DNA from: Octopus vulgaris
Taxonomy: Eukaryota
Direction of reading: 5' to 3'
Length of the DNA: 64,000 bases
Assembly (NCBI GenBank): GCA_951406725.2
Contig: OX597823.1
Span: 35,836,001-35,900,000, forward strand
Shown: positions 1 through 13,660 of the stretch, one piece after another
How the letters are laid out: each line of letters starts with the position of its first letter
Position numbering within the stretch: position 1 is the first letter of the stretch
Translations under genes and position numbers: made by a program
Notes under the pieces: generated by a model
The model's input: the letters and a program-made list of their open reading frames with translations, nothing else
Databases searched by the model: none
Told to the model about the DNA's origin: nothing

Positions 1-19
1 AAAATAGACAAAACTCCAC

Positions 20-180
20 GAGTAAAAGCATTTATTTAGTGCCCTATTTAACTTGAACGCAGCAACATATGTGGCAAGACATATATCCTAGGACTAACCA
101 ACAAACACTTCCTAACAGAACGTAAATATCACAACCTATTCAACAAACACAGCACAAAAGTTAGTTAGGCTGCACAAAAT
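20..180 (+). mobile_element. Degraded Penelope-like element fragment (RT to GIY-YIG linker)
   Basis: Frameshifted translation FNLNAATYVA...LTNKHFLTERKYHNLFNKHSTKVS* resembles the KHFP...LFNRN.KVSYSC segment of Penelope-like ORFs. Confidence 0.5.
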
Positions 181-559
181 TAAACACACATTACAATTAT
201 TGAAAAACAATAGACTAAGGAATATGCGACATATTCATGCAAACTAATGCAAGTTCACAAGATCAAAAACATGACTTAGAAGTATATTTAGATCTTCCTG
301 TGGAGCAGAATCTAAATGTTCTTATATCTACGGATTTTACCGTATCTATTTAGACATCGCTATATCTTAGTATAAGCCTTTACTAGTGTATCTGGGGAAA
401 CCAGACTTGACATATCTGTTAATTCCTAGTTCAGGATGTTGAATTTTGAGCTGAGTTGTTTTCTAGGTTTTTTAATTTCTCGATGTTATTCCCTGCGTTC
501 ATATCTACAAGATTATTGTGAACATACTAGAAGTCTATTTTATGTTGTCTTGATAACAC

Positions 560-601
<42 letters not shown>

Positions 602-2317
602 CGTGTGTGCGTGTGTGTAGTGTCTAGATTCTAGAAGTTGTTCATCAGTTGTTCTTCATCAAAGACAGATTGTCCCTGAGAATGCCTTCGCGCTCGCTTA
701 TAACTAACTATTATTGAATGCAAGGGTTCATATAATACCGGTTATATTAGATGAATGATAAAGAACCGTGGGTATATGAAAACATTGTAGATGTCATGTC
801 AAGCTTGATCTTTGTTTGATCCATGCAGTACCATCAGAGAAATGGATTGTGAAGAAACATATTTCAGCATCAGCGCCGACAGCTGCTCACTGCTTAGGTA
901 TTTCTGTATTTTTTCTGCCAGCAAGAAAAAAATAAATGCTTAACAAAGGAATCAATAAATTTGAATATTATTCAGGTATTTTGAGGGTTTGTATTGGCGC
1001 GAGTACACACACTTATAAGAGATTTTCGATTAAAACACTTTCATTCTATATCTGGTACTGATGAACTATGTTGACATTAAAGATAATAGAAAAATGAAAA
1101 TAAAATCTGTAAAAGCAATTAATTTGCAAATATGTCATTCCACTTTATAACTGATATGAAAGGAGCGGATTTGCCTTGCAGTGAATTAACGTTCGTTTCC
1201 TTTTATGTTCTCTTTTTTCAGTATTGCAGTTTACGTTCAATATGAATGTTGCTTTAGGGGAAGTATGCGGCAGAACAAGTGTTGCGCTGGACAAAGGAAC
1301 TTGGAAGTTTTTATTCACATTCTGAAGTCAGAACCTGATCTTCACCTATGCTTTTCATCCTACTGCGGGCAACTTCCTTCATCCCACAGAAATTTCTAAC
1401 GAGTCATTGTTCTTATGGCTTCAGCTATCTTATGGAAAATTCTCAAGATTTAAAATTTACAATTTAAATACATTCACCCAGTTTAGAAAAGCAAGTACAA
1501 TTATCTTGTTTCATTTTTTTCTGTACATATTCAGCAATAAATTAGTCACCTGTTACTGAAAGATAATTGAATTTCTATTCTTCAAGATTAGCAAAAGTTA
1601 TTGCTTGTTTCAATATATTTTTCTTAGTCGTTTTCTTTGAGACATTAACTCGAGAAAAGAACATCGACTATAGAGATTGTTAGAGTAATTATTCGTTATT
1701 GTCAGCGTAGTTTATAATATTTGCTTTATTTTTTATTCATTTATTCTTTGTTGTTTCAGATGTTGAATTGTTAAATCTTAACCGTAATTCATCTAACATT
1801 AAATAATTTAGATTGTCAAACTTTAGAAATTAAGTCACTCTGTCAGCTACGAAAAATGACTTTAATCACATGCGAGACCACAATTTGTAGGTAGTCGATA
1901 CAGCTGACTCTTCCATACTTATTTCATTTTATTGATGCCGATGAAAAACCAGAAAGATCAATCCTAATATTGAGTTTATTGCCTTATTTTACAGCAGACA
2001 GCTTGTATGGAGTATGAATAGAAAACAAAGTATATAAACAAGAACAAACGCACGCAGACACACATACACACACACGTGTATGCGTACTCATACACGTACA
2101 CTCACTTGCACATACATATTCGGAAAGTTATAAAAAATGTTCATATCTATGGATATAATATACACTGAATCTTATACTTCATATAATCATTTACTATTCA
2201 ATCTATTATTTTATGTATACTTCTGCTCTCTGGTTGTATAGATGATATAGTTGCTATATGGACGATTAGTTTCGCCTTTTTCAATCACTTGAACTGCATT
2301 ACGTAAGACACAGAAAA

Positions 2318-2600
2318 TCATCATCATTCCCGTTGTCGTCATCATCATTATCATCACCGTCACTATCACTGTCATCATCATCCTTATCATAATCATTATC
2401 ATCTTTACCTCCATCGTCGCCGTCGCCGTTGTCATCATCGTCATCATTATCATCATTATCATCATCATCGTTATCATCGTCATCGCCATCATCATCACCG
2501 TCATCATGGTCATCGTCGTCGTCTAGTCATCGTCGTCGTCGTCATGATCATGATGATGATCACGATCATAATAATGTCGATGATGATCATCATAATCATT
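2318..2600. repeat. Imperfect (CAT/CGT/GAT)n microsatellite
   Basis: Directly visible trinucleotide repeat; source of the poly-S and poly-M pseudo-ORFs. Confidence 0.95.
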
Positions 2601-2719
2601 GTTTTAATACCAGCGTTTTCATGCTGGCATGGATTTCAGGAAATTTGTTAAATGTCTACGCCCAGATGCTATTCTTGTCAACAACCTTCACATGTTTCCA
2701 AGTAAGGCAATATTTTTTC

Positions 2720-3134
2720 TCGACCAAACATTCTCATTGGAACGAATGACAAAGCTTGTATGATTGTAACGCTCGTTAACAGCTGTTGCACAATACAATG
2801 ACATACGGTCACTTGTACTCACCCGTCGGTTACTACGGCGAAGGTTCCAGTCGATCCGATCAACAGAATAGCTTGCTCGTGAAATTAACGTGCAAGTAGC
2901 GAAGTAGTCCATGAACACGCGTACCTGTAACGGAGTTCTGAAGGAGATCCAGTATGATACAAAATGTTACAGGCTGGCCTTTGAAATATAGGTACAGCTC
3001 ATTTTTCTCAACTGAGCTGACAGGAGCGACATGAAATAAAGTGTCTTGCTTAAGGGCGCAAGGCGCCGCTGGGTATCGAACTCATGACCTTTCGATCGTG
3101 TACTGAGTACCCTAATCACATGACCACATGCCTT
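2720..3134 (-). mobile_element. tRNA-derived SINE (family A)
   Basis: Minus strand starts with a degenerate A box (gtggtcatgtgattagg), B box GAGTTCGATACC, then the CORE-like motif gcccttaagcaagacact; the same head occurs at 9680-9800. Confidence 0.75.
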
Positions 3135-3641
3135 TGCACGAACACACACACAAACATACACCTATATATGTGTGTGTGTGTGCGTGTATATATATATATA
3201 TAATATACGCGGAGTTTTCGTCAGGGTGAGTCAAACTAATAGTTATGCACTCTGAGTGCTCAATTTGGCATACCATTAAAATTCTGGTATGAACTGCAGT
3301 TGAACAATTGACGTACGTAAGTGGTTTGTGTTGATACGGTAGTCGGTGCAATGCGGTCGATGTGTGAGGTGTTGCCAGGCAATTAGTGCGGAACAGTTGA
3401 CACAGTATTTGGTGTCGAGTCTGAAGTTGATTTCGGCTGTTAATGTGAACAGTGGCATCGTGCTGCGAGGAGAACAGTTATAAGTCGGTTTAATGCGACA
3501 GTGAATGTGAGTTGGTTAATGCGAATAGTGGCGTTTTTGTAAGGTGGAATGTTTTGAACTTGCTGCGAAAATAGTCAGTGTGAACTTGGCAACATAAAGA
3601 ATACCGAAGGGTATCATGAATTCAGAAGTAACAACAGTCCA

Positions 3642-4325
3642 GTCGTAAACAAAAAGATGAAGAAAAGATAGAAAATAAGTCATTAGACTGGTGAATAAAA
3701 GAAGAGCTCAAGAAGTCTGCTTATTTGAGAGATAAATGAAAGAACTTTCTAAAGATCTGTCTACTTATTCCATACTTGTTTAGTCTCCTCTTAATCAAAG
3801 TTCTTTTATCTGGTAATATCAACGGTTTTACTTGTTATTGTTAACTCTTCTGACTTCTGTAACTACTTCTTCTTCCGCTCTAGGGAAGTTTCATCAAAAG
3901 TGGTAGCATATCAAAATACATTTAAAGGTGAAAATTATAAACAATTTATAAACAAGGGCAAAAGAAAAAAGATTTCTATGCCAATATGTCGTAAACAAAA
4001 AGATGAAGAAAAGATAGAAAATAAGTCATTAGACTGGTGAATAAAAGAAGAGCTCAAGAAGTCTGCATATTTGAGAGGTAAATGAAAGAACTTTCTAAAG
4101 ATCTGTCTACTTATTCCATACTTGTTTAGTCTCCTCTTAATTAAAGTTATTTTATCTGGTAATATCAACGGTTTTACTTGTTATTGTTAACTCTTCTGAC
4201 TTCTGTAACTACTTCTTCTTCCGCTCTAGGGAAGTTTCATCAAAAGTGGTAGCATACATTTAAAGGTGAAAATTATAAACAATTTATAAACAAGGGCAAA
4301 AGAAAAAGATTTCTATGCCAATATG
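3642..4325. repeat. Two-copy tandem duplication, period 346 bp
   Basis: gtcgtaaacaaaaagatgaag... starts at 3642 and again at 3988; copies nearly identical, the second lacks tcaaaata. Confidence 0.95.
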
Positions 4326-4719
4326 CTGAGAATAGACTTTAAATCGTCAATCACCACATTTCACTATAAATACACGTCGTGCTGAAATCGATGAAGGCAA
4401 GCTAACAGAATTTTTTTTTAATTCGTTATTTCTATATTGAATCAATTTCGGGATTAATCCTACGTATTTTTCCCTCTTCAGTAGAAAATACGATAAGAAA
4501 TAAATGAAATACTTACAAGCACCCTTGGAAAAAAGCAGAATCAAGAGTCATGAGTACACATAAGTATCCCAGTTATATCTAAATGTAAAATCCTTTAGCA
4601 AGCCTCAGCACACGTTGACTGATCACGAACCACAACTTTTATTGGAAAAAAATGTTATCCTATATTAATAGTAAATTTATTACCATTCACTTCGGGACTG
4701 GTAACCACTATAAGTTGTG

Positions 4720-5200
4720 ATTTATCTTTATCATATGGGAGGGATCTAGATATAATATTCCATTCCAAATCAAATCGTTTATTATGTTCCTTTATAGACC
4801 AAATTAATTTACTAAACCCAGTATTGTTGCGTTTATTGATATCTCTAAATGTAGAGTAATGGTTAGATATTATTTTGGTTAACTAAGATAAAGAACTACC
4901 TATGTAAAAAAAGACATCAGAACCGGAAGTAATTGTACATTGATAAACAGAGTTTCTAGTCTTAGGATTACTGCTAAGGAAACGAATGCGATTCAAATTT
5001 ATATCAGTAATACAAATATTGTTGTTGTTATTGTTCAAAGAATGGTTAGCGTTAATAATACCAATGCTATTATTTTCATTAAGTGGATTTGTATTTAACA
5101 ACTTATTGTCATGCGAAGAGATAATTCGTGAAAGGATTTTGGTGTTTGAAAACCCTATTATAATTCGGTGTGAATTGATAATGGAATGGCATCATGGCAA
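4720..5200 (-). mobile_element. Penelope-like GIY-YIG endonuclease remnant
   Basis: NSVYQCTITSGSDVFFYIGSS..*..NHYSTFRDINKRNNTGFSKLIWSIKEHNKRFDLEWNIISRSLPY; homologous to 55453-55730. Confidence 0.8.
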
Positions 5201-8110
5201 CACAGTCTTATATTTACAGTAACTAGACATGAATATTGGGAGAAGATGAACAAAACAAAAGAATACAGGAAGAAGCAATTATTAACTAACTTTCTTTGGC
5301 GTTGTACTGCTAGCAGCATAGCAAAGCGGCCTTTTCATTATTGTTGCTAGATAGGAATATTTGGACAACAGAAACAAAAAAGAAAAGAAAATAGGAAGAA
5401 CAAATGTTTAACTTTCTTTGGCGTTGTACTGCTAGCCCCGTTACAAAGCGTCTTTTCATTACAGTAACTACATAAGAATATTAGGAAAAGATAAGTAACA
5501 AAAAAGAAAGTAAGACGAACAAGTGTTTAACTAACTTTCTTTGGCGTTGTACTGCAAGTCTCGTGGCACAGCGGTCCTTTCATTACCGTAAATAGATAGG
5601 AATATTGGGCGAGAATAAACAAACAAAAAAGAAAAAAGGAAGAACAAATGTTTAACTAACATTCTTTGGTGTTGTACTGCTCGCCTCCTGGGAAAGCGGT
5701 GTTTTCATTACAGTAACTAGACAGAAATATTTGGAGAAGATAAACAAAAAGCACAAGAAAAGCAGAACAAATGTTTAACTAACTTTCTTTGGCGTTGTAT
5801 TGCAAGCCTCATGGCAAAGCGGTCTTTTCACTACAGCAGCTAGATAGGAATATTTGGAGAGGATAAACAAAAAAGGAAAGAAAAGAGGAAGAACAATTTT
5901 TTTATTAACTTTCGTTGGCGTTGTATTCCTTGCCTCATGGCTCAGCGGTCTTTTCACTACAGCAGCTAGATAGGAATATCTGGAGAATATAAGCAAAGTA
6001 AAAGAAGGGAGGAAGAACAAATGTTTAACTATCTTTGACGTTGTACTGCGAGCGTCATGGCAATGCAGCTTTTTGGTTGCAGTAATATTTGGAGGAGAAA
6101 AGATTAAGTGCAAATGATCAACTAACCTTGTTTGGCGTTGTACTGCTAGCCTCATGGCAAAGCGGTCTTTTCATTGCGGTAGCTAGATAGGAATATTTGA
6201 AGAAGCGAAAAAAATAGGAAAATAAGGGGAGGAAATGTTTAACTAATTTTCTTTGGCGTTTCACTGCTAGCCTCATAGCCAAGGGGTCTTTTCATTGCAG
6301 TAGCTGGATAGGAAAATTTGGAGAGAATAAACAAAAAGACAAAAGAGAAGAGCATTTATTTCACTAACTTTCTTTGGCGTTATACTGCTTGGCACCTAGC
6401 AAAGCGGTCTTTTTATAATAATAGCTACATAGGAATATTTGAAGATAAAGAAACAAATAAGAAAATAGGGGGAACAAATGTTTAACTAACTTTCTTCAGC
6501 GTTGTAATGCTAGCCTCCTGGCAAAGTGGTCTTTTCATTACAGTAGCTAGATTTGGAGAAGATAAACAAAAGAAATAAAGGGGAAGAACATTTCTTTAAC
6601 TTTCTTTGGCGGACGTTTCATTATAGAGGCTTGATAAGAATATCTGGAGAAGATTGACAGAAAGATAAGAAAATAGGAAGAACAAATGTTTGACTAACCT
6701 TTTTGGCGTTGTATTGCTAGACTCGTGGCAAGGCGGTCTTTACATTCGGCTAGCTATAAAGGAAAATTTGGAGGAGATAAAGAGAAGGTAGAAATGATTA
6801 ACTGAATTTCTTTGACGTTGTACCGCTAGCCTCATGGCAACGAGGTCTTTTCATTACAGTAGCTAGATACTCTTTTACTCTTTTACCTCTTTTCAGCCAT
6901 TTGACTGCGGCCATGCTGGAGCACCACCTTTAGTCGTGCAAATCGACCCCAGAACTTATTCTTTGTAATCCTAGTACTTATTCTATCGTTCTCTTTTGCC
7001 GAACCGCTAAGTTACGGGGACGTAAATACTCCAGCATCGGTTGTCAAGCGATGTTGGAGGGAGACAAACACAGACACACAAATACACACACACATATATA
7101 TATACATATACATATATACGACGGGTTTCTTTCAGTTTCCGTCTACCAAATCCACTCACAAGGCTTTATTCGGCCCGAGGCAATAGTAAAAGACACTTTG
7201 CCCAATGTGCCACGCAGTCAGACTGAATTCGGAAGCATGTGGTTGGTAAGCAAGCTACTTACCACACAGCCATTCGGGAATATTTGGACAAGATAAACAA
7301 AAAAAAAACAAAAGAGGAAAAACAAATATTTAACTAACTTTCTTTAGCGGTGTACTGCTAGCCTCATGGCAAAGCGGTCTTTTTATGGTAGTAGCTAGAG
7401 AGGAAAAGTTTTGACAAGATAAACAAAAAAGGAAAAAGATTAGACGAAGAGCAAATGCTTAATGAACATTCTTTGGCGTTGTACAGCAAGCCTCATGGAA
7501 AAGTGGTCTTTTTTTTCATTACATTAGATAGATAGGAGAGTTTTGAGAAGATAAGCAAAAGAAGAAAAGGGGAATTACATTTGTTTAACTAACTTTCTTT
7601 TGCGTTGCACTGCTAGGCTCATGGCAATGCGGTCTTTTCGTTACCGTAGATAGATAGGAATGATATGGAGGAGATAAACAAAGAAAAAAAGAAAAAGAAA
7701 TGTAGAAGAACAAATGTTTAAATTTCTTTGGTGTTGTACTGCTATCCTGATTGCAAAGCGGTATTTTATTACAGTAGATAGGATTATTTGGAGAAGATAA
7801 AGAAAAAAAGTGGAAAGACAAATGTTTAACTAACTTTCTTTGTCATTGCACTACAAGCCTCATGGCAAACCAGACATCTCACTACAGTAGCTACATAGGA
7901 ATATTTGGAGAAGATAAGCAAAGAAGAAAAGAAAAGAGGAAGAAAAACATTCTTTGGTGTTGTACTGCCAGCGTCATGGCAATGCTGTCTTTTCGTTGCA
8001 GTAGCTAGATAGGCATATTTCGAGAACATAGACAAAAAACAAAAGTAAGGAGGAAGAAAAAAGTTTTAACTAACGTTCTCTGGCGTTCTACGGCTAGCCC
8101 AGTTGCAAAG
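5190..8110. repeat. Satellite array, ~120-125 bp monomer, about 21 diverged copies
   Basis: Consensus aactaactttctttggcgttgtactgctagcctcatggcaaagcggtcttttcattacagtagctagataggaatatttggagaagataaac plus a variable A/G-rich linker; cores near 5296, 5417, 5541, 5666, 5788 ... 7953, 8079. Confidence 0.95.
6870..7275 (-). mobile_element. tRNA/CORE-type SINE with internal microsatellite (family B), inserted in the satellite
   Basis: tRNA-like head at the right end, ttgggcaaagtgtc CORE-like motif, internal (CA/TA)n, (gagtaaaa)n tail; splits a monomer at agctagata|ggaatattt. Confidence 0.9.
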
Positions 8111-8111
8111 C

Positions 8112-9126
8112 TCTTTATTTCAAACCAAACTAAGTAACATCGACGTCAAATTTGAGCGAAATCCGTTGAAATTGGTAAACTTTTGGCTGAAAATGAGTTG
8201 CAGACAATTTGATTGGGAGATCCCATAAGGAATCGGTTTATCGATTTTTTTATTCGTTTTTGGAGAACTTAAAGCATTCAAAGATCCCATGAGTCCTAAG
8301 TAATGCTGACATCAAGTTTGAACAAAATGCATCAAAATTGGTAAAAGTTATGGTTGAAAATGGGGTGTAGCCAATTTTAGTGGAAAGTCCTATAAGGAAT
8401 CGGTTTATCGATTTTTTTAATCCTGATTAAATAGAAAACCCCATAAGTAATCAGTTTATTGATTTTTCACTCCAAATAGGACTTAACCGAACACAACATT
8501 GCTGAGTCAAAAACATATGTTTATACTTTAAAGTTGGCTTTCATACCCAACCCAGTTCTGCAGAATCAGCATTGCGACGGGAGCGCATGGGTTGGGAGTT
8601 TGATCGGCAAAGGTGATCAGGTTGCATATGCCAACCCTTTTGAAAACACCACCCCCATCATGTAACCCCCCTTTGCCTATGCCTATGGGTTGGGAACCCT
8701 TCCAGCAAGGAAAGTAGAACGCCCAAAAGGGTCCCCTATCCTCTGAGTGAGAAGCGGTTATGTTCAGATCACAAGTATATATATATGGGCAACACACACA
8801 CACACAAACATATACGTACATATATTTATTGCATACATGTTTTTTGTACGCCCTTGCTCCTGCCCCTGTCCCACCACCACCTCTACCCGAGTAATATCAT
8901 CAATTGAAGCAAATTTGGCACCCGGACGTAAGTTTTCTAAGAGGAATAGAGAGGCCAGCCTTCTCCTACAGAGATGTGAGGGTCAGACCTCTCCTGTCGA
9001 AAACATGAATAGTTTCGAAACATTGTTTACAGAATAATAGCTTGATCGCTTGCGAAGGAGCGTGCCTCGGGCTACACACACACACACACACACACATTGC
9101 ATACATGTGTTTTGTACGTGTGTGTT

Positions 9127-9161
<35 letters not shown>

Positions 9162-9253
9162 CTGAAGCCATTCACACATACATACATAACAACCCCTGTC
9201 TGTCTGTTTTTGCCTCTCAATCACTCACTAAAAAGACGAAATTTTAAAAATAT

Positions 9254-9314
<61 letters not shown>

Positions 9315-9569
9315 ATACACCGTCGCTAGAAGGGGACTTAACTCATGGTGTATTTCTCCGACCTGAAAATTGTTAGAAGTTATGGTTCAAAATTATTTTT
9401 ACCGCTATTCACTGGTGCCTCGGGGGAAAATAATTTGACGAAAATACAGCTAGGGTCGTGGCAAATATCCTCCTAAAATTTGAGCGACATGCGTGCTAAT
9501 TTGTGGATGTGCATAAACTATATTCACGTACACACACACACATCCTGCCTTTTGTATATACAGATATAG
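8112..9569 (+). mobile_element. Possible non-autonomous Helitron/Helentron-like insertion splitting the satellite
   Basis: Internal ~170-180 bp subrepeats (ataaggaatcggtttatcgattttt twice), embedded microsatellites, 3' end acacacatcctgccttttgtatatacagatatag; the satellite resumes right after. Class is inferred. Confidence 0.4.
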
Positions 9570-9680
9570 AAACATTTGGAGAAGATAAACAAAAAATAAG
9601 AAAATATGAGGGACAAATGTTTATCTAACGTTCTTCAGGGTTGTATTGCTCGCCTCGTGGCAAGGTGGTCTTTCTATTGG
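9570..9680. repeat. Orphan satellite monomer
   Basis: atttggagaagataaac...ttgtattgctcgcctcgtggcaaggtggtcttt matches the 5190-8110 consensus. Confidence 0.85.
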
Positions 9681-9800
9681 AGTGGACTGCTGGAACGTGA
9701 AATAAAGTTACTTGCTCAAGGACACAACGCCTCTCCGGGAATTGAGCTCACGACCTTTTGATCATGAGCGGAATGTTCTAACCACTAAGCAACGCGCTTT
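9680..9800 (-). mobile_element. SINE family A head
   Basis: Minus strand gttgcttagtggttagaac...gtgagctcaattccc...gtgtccttgagcaag. Confidence 0.7.
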
Positions 9801-9806
9801 TGCTGT

Positions 9807-9870
9807 ATGCATATGCACATATATATATATATATATATACACATATATATACATATATACATATATATAC

Positions 9871-9932
<62 letters not shown>

Positions 9933-9947
9933 TACATATATATACAC

Positions 9948-10039
<92 letters not shown>

Positions 10040-10090
10040 GTATGTATGTGTGTATGTATGTAGGTATGTATGCATGTATGTATGTATATT
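9807..10090. repeat. (TA)n/(TATG)n microsatellite
   Basis: Directly visible. Confidence 0.98.
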
Positions 10091-10139
10091 AATAGTTATC
10101 GCCAAGCTAATATGGCATATTCTCTGTTCTGCCTTACAG

Positions 10140-10555
10140 CCTCTAGTCGTTTTCTGTAGTTTTGACTGTTGGGATGGTGTTTATTCAGTTCCTTTTTTCC
10201 ACCATACTTGGATGCACATATTTCTCCCGAAAATCTCAATTTTCGTTTCATCTAACCAATTAACTTTCTTCCAGAATTCATCTGATTCATGTTCATACTT
10301 TTTAACAAATTTCAAACAGTCTTGCACATGTTTACGTTTTAATAGTGGAGTCTTTCTTGGTGATCTAAAATACAGGCTTGTATGATTCAGTGATCTTTTA
10401 ATTGCATCTTTACTTACTTCAATTCTGAATTTCTCTTCGAATCAAAAATGGTTGTTGCTTCACATTCCGGGCTCTATATCGTTCAGTAGTCTCGTTTAAT
10501 TTACGCGGGCTACTACTCCTTTGAATAGTTTCAGTAGTATCATATTTTTTCAACT
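10140..10555 (-). mobile_element. Tc1-family transposase fragment
   Basis: SPRKLNETTER...[47 protein letters not shown] (WSDETK first-D motif); abuts the L1 copy. Confidence 0.85.
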
Positions 10556-13400
10556 TCCAGTGATGCCTCAACCTCAACGCATGCTTGCTCATCATTAACC
10601 AAGGCATCTCTAAACCTCCCTTTAACGGCTTCTGACAACAGATAGAGCGTTTCACAAGTGGCGACTTGCCCTTCCACAAAAAATGAAAGAGCTGCCTCTC
10701 CAGCCTGATCACCCACGAATCCGAACAGGGCACGACGGTCAGGCTCTAGGTAATGACCGATGCGATAAACACGTTGGCCACCTCTGCGCTCCCTTTCAGG
10801 GATAGCCACAGCCAAGACCAGGTCTTGACTATTGCAACCGCCCTGCTCGAAACCTCCGTCCAGTTCTTCTCTATCTGGAGGCCTGGTCCAAACCAGACTC
10901 CCGGCAATTTAACCGGTCCCTCCAACCAGCGCCTAACAACACTGTCTGAAGGCATCGACTTGCCAACCCAGGTGCCAAGCTGCAACCAGACCGACTTTTC
11001 CCAGTTGATCTTTGCTCCTGCCACCGTCTCGTAAACCTCAATAGCCTTACCCACTTCACGTAGGCGTGCTACTGTGGTAACGCTGATAGAGATATCGTCC
11101 ACGTAAGCTGAAACAAACTCCTCTAAACCTGGTTCTCTCAGGATGTCACTCAACTTTCGCAGTAGGGGCTCAAGAGCCACCACATACAAAAGTGGTGAGA
11201 GCGGACATCCTTGACGAACCGAGCGTCTGATGCAGAACGGTTTCGAAAGGAAACCGTTCACCCGAACTATCGAGTCAATGTTGTGATACAGATCGATGAA
11301 CCACCAGAGGAAGCCAAGGCCCAGGCCAAACCGCGCAAGCACAGTCACCAGGTATCGATGGTCAACTCTGTCAAAAGCTTTAGATTGGTCTGAATGCACC
11401 AATGCCCCACCTTTGTCAGAGTTATCACCAACCCTCTCTATGGTATAGCGAATACGATGGAGATTATCCTGAATAGTTCTGCCTGAAATGGCACATGTCT
11501 GTGCCTCCCCGACTATACCATTCGTGACACGTGCCAACCTTTTTGCTAAAACCATGGCCAGAGTGATGGGCCTGAAATTATCTAAAACGTCCCCCTTGTC
11601 CGGGTCCTTTCTGTTCAACATCACAATCTGTGCGTGCGTCACAAATTGTGTAAATCTCCTATCAATACTAGCGAATGCGACGTGACCAGGAACTTACTCG
11701 TTTCACGAAAATATTCACTTTGCGGACCCATAACGTTGGTTGCATAAATTGCAACAAGCCTGATTGTCTTGCCACAACTGAAAGTCAGGTCGAGAACAGA
11801 CAGCCTGCCTTCTAGATCAGAAAAAAACCAACCTTTTCTCGGTTATCCGGTTTCTTTTTAGTAGGACCAACACCCCACCACCACCACCCTCCCGACTTGG
11901 AGAAACGCATTTCTCGTAGCCTTTCAGGAGAGGGAGCAGATCTCTTGGCCCTTTCACCCGGGTTTCTGTTACAAGTACATACAATTTTTTTGACCTGCTG
12001 TCATTTAGGAAGCGCCCTTGCTTCCAACTCGACATCAGGCCACGGGCATTCATACAACCAATGTGAATAGACGTGACTTACCTTTTAGATCGGGGACTCT
12101 CCACCTTTTCTTGACTTCAAATATAGATTGAAGCCTTCAAATATAGATTGATGAAAATTAAATCTCAATGATGAGACCGATTTTCTATACGCGTTAAACA
12201 AGATATTATATGTCTTTTTTTTGTCCAATTCGTAAAATTCAGAGTTTTTATATTTGTCTGAATTTGGCTGCTTTTTTTTCTTGTCTCGGCTCGCTCTGGT
12301 TTTGCTGGTTCGAGCCTTCCATTTTCCTTTTGTTGTTATTTTTCTCTCTCTCTTTCTTCTTCCTCACCGTCCGATTCTTCTTTACTTTTACAATATTTTT
12401 TAATGTGACCCAATTGGCCACACTGGAAACATCGGGGTTTATGCCCCTCAAAAAAATATTTAGAACTTCCTCCCCTACTTCTACTATTTTTAGGAACTGT
12501 TCTAAAATTTTCTGCTCTGCCTGCAGTAACAGGATGAGCTTTTTTCCATCCCAATATGTATTCTCTGTGACGGTGGCCTGCAGGAGGTTAATATTATCCT
12601 CCCTGTTTGCCAGGACTGCCGCCATCAAGCACATAGGGTTTACTCCAGGTGGAATTCTTGGAAATTCTAACCTTAGATGTTCTCATTCCCATGTAAATAG
12701 GGATTAATATTGTGTCATCCAACTCTAATGATTTTACAGAGTGTTTTTGTGCCGTTTCTGCGTTCTTGAACCTCACCACAATGGTTCCAAACTTCTTCCC
12801 TCTGGCTAGATATATAATGTCCTGCCAGATGGGTTTTAAACAGATTTCAATTTTTTGCTCACATAATCAATTTTTCGAGCTTTTAAGCAGAATGTCTTAA
12901 AAATAATAATTTTTCTTTTTTCCTCCGTTAATTCTTCTTCTGGTATTTCCACTTTTACCACTCCATCTCGTTCTGTTATCATTTCCTTGTAGTTTAATAA
13001 TTCTTTTTTGTCAGTTCCACTACCAGCTGCTGACGCAAAACTTTTCTTTCTTCATTTTGAATGGTCTTTGCTTATATATTTCTCTTGGTATCCGTAACTT
13101 TTGGTAATGCAGGGGATTCACTTTCTGAAATATTAGAAATGTTATCAAAAATTAAACTTTCAATCTTCCTCGCTTCCCGTTCGGTCGATGAATCTTCACC
13201 CGACGAAGACACACTTTTCAGCATCTTGCCAGCAATTAATGTTTTCCTCCTCAGGGGAAAACTACAGATAGCTTTCGAAAGAAAACGATAATACAATTTT
13301 TAAACAATAAGTCCAACAATAGGCACAACAAGAGATATAACGATATAACAATTAACAGAAACTTACTTTACAAATACACTCCAACAATATATGTTCAATA
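10556..13400 (-). mobile_element. L1/Tx1-like LINE, degraded and internally deleted (ORF1 + ORF2)
   Basis: ORF1 pieces with CCHC knuckle CFQCGQLGHIKKYC; APE start IGCMNARGL; RT motifs NFRPITL, DQSKAFDRVDH, RQGCPLSPLLY, AYVDDI; multiple frameshifts. Confidence 0.9.
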
Positions 13401-13417
13401 ACAGACAGACGAAATAC

Positions 13418-13660
13418 TTATTTCTATTTCTTTACTACCCACAAGGGGCTAAACGCAAAGAGGACAAACAAGGACAGACAAGCGAATTAAGTCGATTATA
13501 TCGATCCCAGTGCGTAACTGGTACTTAATTTATCGACCCCGAAAGGATGAAAGGCAAAGTCGACCTCGGCGGAATTTGAACTCAGAACGTAACGGCAGAC
13601 GAAATACGTCTACGCATTTCGCCTGGAGTGCTAACATTTTGTGCCAGCTCACCGCCTTTA
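13418..13660 (-). mobile_element. tRNA-derived SINE (family C)
   Basis: Head ggcggtgagctggcac...gagttcaaattcc; body ccgaggtcgactttgcctttcatcctttcggggtcgataaa shared with 36731-36945 and 42818-42950. Confidence 0.9.

Noticed and set aside
5190-8110. CRISPR-like repeat/spacer look of the array
   Set aside because: Eukaryotic context, ~90-bp diverged repeats, low-complexity related linkers, no cas genes.
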